36,726 nt of DNA. Origin: an uncultured Bacteroidaceae bacterium. GTDB taxonomy: Bacteria; Bacteroidota; Bacteroidia; Bacteroidales; Bacteroidaceae. A model generated the notes under the pieces. That model ran no database searches, was not told where the DNA came from, and worked only from the letters and a program-made list of their open reading frames with translations. The DNA lies in the NCBI GenBank assembly GCA_964404555.1, contig CAYOKO010000002.1:1-36726 (forward strand). Reading direction: 5' to 3'. Shown here one piece after another: positions 35,121 to 36,726 of this stretch; the stretch's first letter is position 1; each line of letters opens with the position of its first letter. Made by a program: the position numbers and the translations under genes.

Positions 35121-36398
35121 TTAATTGATAATCTCAAACCCGGTGTACGGAACAAGCACCTTCGGGATAACGATACCCTCCGGTGTCTGGTTGTTCTCCA
35201 ACAGAGCGGCAACGATGCGCGGAAGAGCCAGCGCAGAACCGTTCAGTGTATGGCACAACTCAATCTTCTTATCCTCGGCACGACGATATCTACACTTCAG
35301 ACGGTTTGCCTGATAGGTATCGAAATTGGATACGGAAGAAACCTCCAACCAGCGCTTCTGTGCAGCGGAGTAAACCTCGAAGTCGAAGCAAGTAGAAGAG
35401 GTAAAGCTCATATCGCCACCGCACAAGTGCAGAATACGATAGGGGAGTTCCAGTTTCTGCAGCAGACCCTCCACGTGAGCCAACATCTCCTTGTGGCTCT
35501 CGGCAGAATGCTCCGGAGTATCTATGCGAACAATCTCAATCTTAGAGAACTCATGCAAACGGTTCAGTCCGCGCACATCCTTACCATAGGAACCTGCCTC
35601 ACGACGGAAACACTGAGTGTAAGCCGTGTTCTTGATAGGCAAATCCTTCTCATCCAGGATAACATCACGATAGATATTGGTTACAGGCACCTCGGCAGTA
35701 GGGATGAGGTAGAGGTCATCCAGATTGCAGTGATACATCTGTCCCTCCTTGTCCGGTAGCTGACCGGTACCATAACCGGAATCGGCATTCACAACGGTAG
35801 GAGGCATAATCTCCTCGTAACCGGCCTTGCTAGCCTCCGCCAAGAAGAAGTTGATGAGGGCACGCTGCAACTTAGCACCCTTGCCACGATACACCGGGAA
35901 ACCCGCACCTGTAATCTTCACACCCAGGTCGAAGTCAATCAAGTTATACTTCTTAGCCAACTCCCAGTGTGGCAGACTGTCCGCAGGCAGTTCCGGAATC
36001 TCCGGTACAATCTTCACAATCTTGTTATCCTCGGCAGTAGCACCCTCCGGAACCTCCGGGTAGGGGATGTTAGGAATAGCGCAGAGTTTCTCCACGAGAG
36101 TCTTCTGTGCATCATCCATTTTATCTTGCAGCGACTTGCTTTGCTCTTTCAGTTTTGAAACCTCCTGTTTGATGGTTTCAGCCTCCTCCTTCTTCCCCGC
36201 CTTCATCAAGGCACCGATTTCAGCGGCTTTCTTTTTGCTCTCGGACAAGACATTGTCGAGTGCCATCTGAGCCTCGCGACGAGCCTTGTCTATACCAATC
36301 ACCTCCTCGATAGCTTCCTTAGCTCCTTTGAAGTGTTTCTTCTCCAAACCGGCGATCACCTTCTCGGTTTGTTCATTAATCAACTTAAGTGTAAGCAT
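35121..36398 (-). CDS. serS: serine--tRNA ligase
   Basis: N-terminal coiled-coil arm, plus class II motifs FRREAGSYGKDVRGLNRLHEFSKIE and GSALALPRIVAALLENNQ. Confidence 0.93.
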   Translation of the reverse strand: MLTLKLINEQTEKVIAGLEKKHFKGAKEAIEEVIGIDKARREAQMALDNVLSESKKKAAEIGALMKAGKKEEAETIKQEVSKLKEQSKSLQDKMDDAQKTLVEKLCAIPNIPYPEVPEGATAEDNKIVKIVPEIPELPADSLPHWELAKKYNLIDFDLGVKITGAGFPVYRGKGAKLQRALINFFLAEASKAGYEEIMPPTVVNADSGYGTGQLPDKEGQMYHCNLDDLYLIPTAEVPVTNIYRDVILDEKDLPIKNTAYTQCFRREAGSYGKDVRGLNRLHEFSKIEIVRIDTPEHSAESHKEMLAHVEGLLQKLELPYRILHLCGGDMSFTSSTCFDFEVYSAAQKRWLEVSSVSNFDTYQANRLKCRYRRAEDKKIELCHTLNGSALALPRIVAALLENNQTPEGIVIPKVLVPYTGFEIIN

Positions 36399-36486
36399 AC
36401 TATTTCTTGTTGTATATATCCATTTACCATGCGGGTCGCACCTCCTTTCGAGTGGAGCAAACCCGGTGTTGTTTTCAAAACACCTG

Positions 36487-36494
36487 CAAATTTA
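36487..36494 (-). promoter_or_regulatory. -7 promoter box (TAAATTTG on the minus strand)
   Basis: TAnnTTTG match 89 nt upstream of the serS ATG, which implies a leader of about 80 nt. Confidence 0.35.
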
Positions 36495-36595
36495 CACAAT
36501 TATTTTCTATTAGGATAATAAAAAGTGAAAAAACCCATCCTATTCTTTCTATTTGAAAGGAAAAGCAGCTTTTTAGGTAGAAAAAAGGATAAAAA

Positions 36596-36627
36596 AATCT
36601 CGTCGTATTTTATTATACGACGAGATT
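36596..36627 (-). terminator. rho-independent terminator downstream of rpmA
   Basis: 13-bp stem, aatctcgtcgtat (36596-36608) with atacgacgagatt (36615-36627). On the minus strand it is followed by a T-run (A-run ending at 36597 on the plus strand). Confidence 0.65.
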
Positions 36628-36655
36628 ACTATGCATGAATTATAAAAATTCCTAT

Positions 36656-36726
36656 TTATGCTTCTGCCTCAGCGATAGGCTCTACAGAAACAAAGCTTCT
36701 GTTCAGACGTCCCTTCTTGAAGTTTA
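36656..36726 (-). CDS. rpmA: 50S ribosomal protein L27, C-terminal fragment (gene continues beyond the window)
   Basis: The reverse-strand translation ...NFKKGRLNRSFVSVEPIAEAEA* has its TAA at 36656-36658. The tail resembles the bL27 C-terminus. Only 23 codons are visible. Confidence 0.5.
   Translation of the reverse strand, partial: NFKKGRLNRSFVSVEPIAEAEA

Noticed and set aside
32853-35759. Long plus-strand ORFs (32853-33881, 33978-34919, 35004-35759) opposite the Nfn-like gene and serS
   Set aside because: They are antisense shadows of strongly supported genes. The translations lack any recognisable domain.
1-36726. Search for CRISPR arrays, tRNA/rRNA genes, IS elements, integrases, and long direct or inverted repeats flanking islands
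   Set aside because: None were seen. Intergenic regions are short (mostly under 250 nt) and are accounted for by promoters and terminators. The only tandem repeats are in-frame protein repeats (WxLGWG, MORN).

Overview
This looks like a chromosomal segment from a Bacteroidota genome, probably Bacteroidales and Prevotella-like. That guess rests on recurring TAnnTTTG -7 promoter boxes, almost no Shine-Dalgarno sequences, and the gene content (GldE-type CorC protein, DapL-type lysine pathway, fused NfnAB-like oxidoreductase). I call about 30 protein-coding genes, and most are housekeeping: prmA, RNase G/E, HU, mutY, ssb, PBP1A, kdsB, glgB, hisS, dapF-dapL, serS and a partial rpmA. I found no rRNA, tRNA, CRISPR array, transposase or integrase. 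Five places are not ordinary. (1) 23761-26526 encodes a 921-aa all-coiled-coil protein with an SbcC/Rad50-type zinc-hook motif at its midpoint but no ATPase heads, and it sits 1 nt from an ASKHA (BadF/GlcNAc-kinase-like) ATPase gene. (2) 16720-22899 is a tightly overlapping four-gene signalling module. It centres on a 1234-aa sensor whose two kinase-like halves look complementary: a His-less DHp with an intact ATPase, then a His-bearing DHp with a degenerate ATPase. (3) 1104-3724 pairs a secreted Gly/Trp/Tyr low-complexity protein (WxLGWG repeats, His4, RGG/GGF tail) with a FadL/PorV-like outer-membrane barrel. (4) 31681-32704 is a small insert with an acidic 58-aa ORF and a zeta-toxin-like P-loop kinase, and both genes carry perfect AGGAGG ribosome-binding sites that are otherwise absent here. 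(5) 5482-5571 is a 29-aa hyper-basic bS22-like ORF that is too short for the ORF track. I cannot tell which of these, if any, is the intended novel system. My best candidates are (1) and (2). All family assignments come from motif recognition by eye and need HMM or structure searches.
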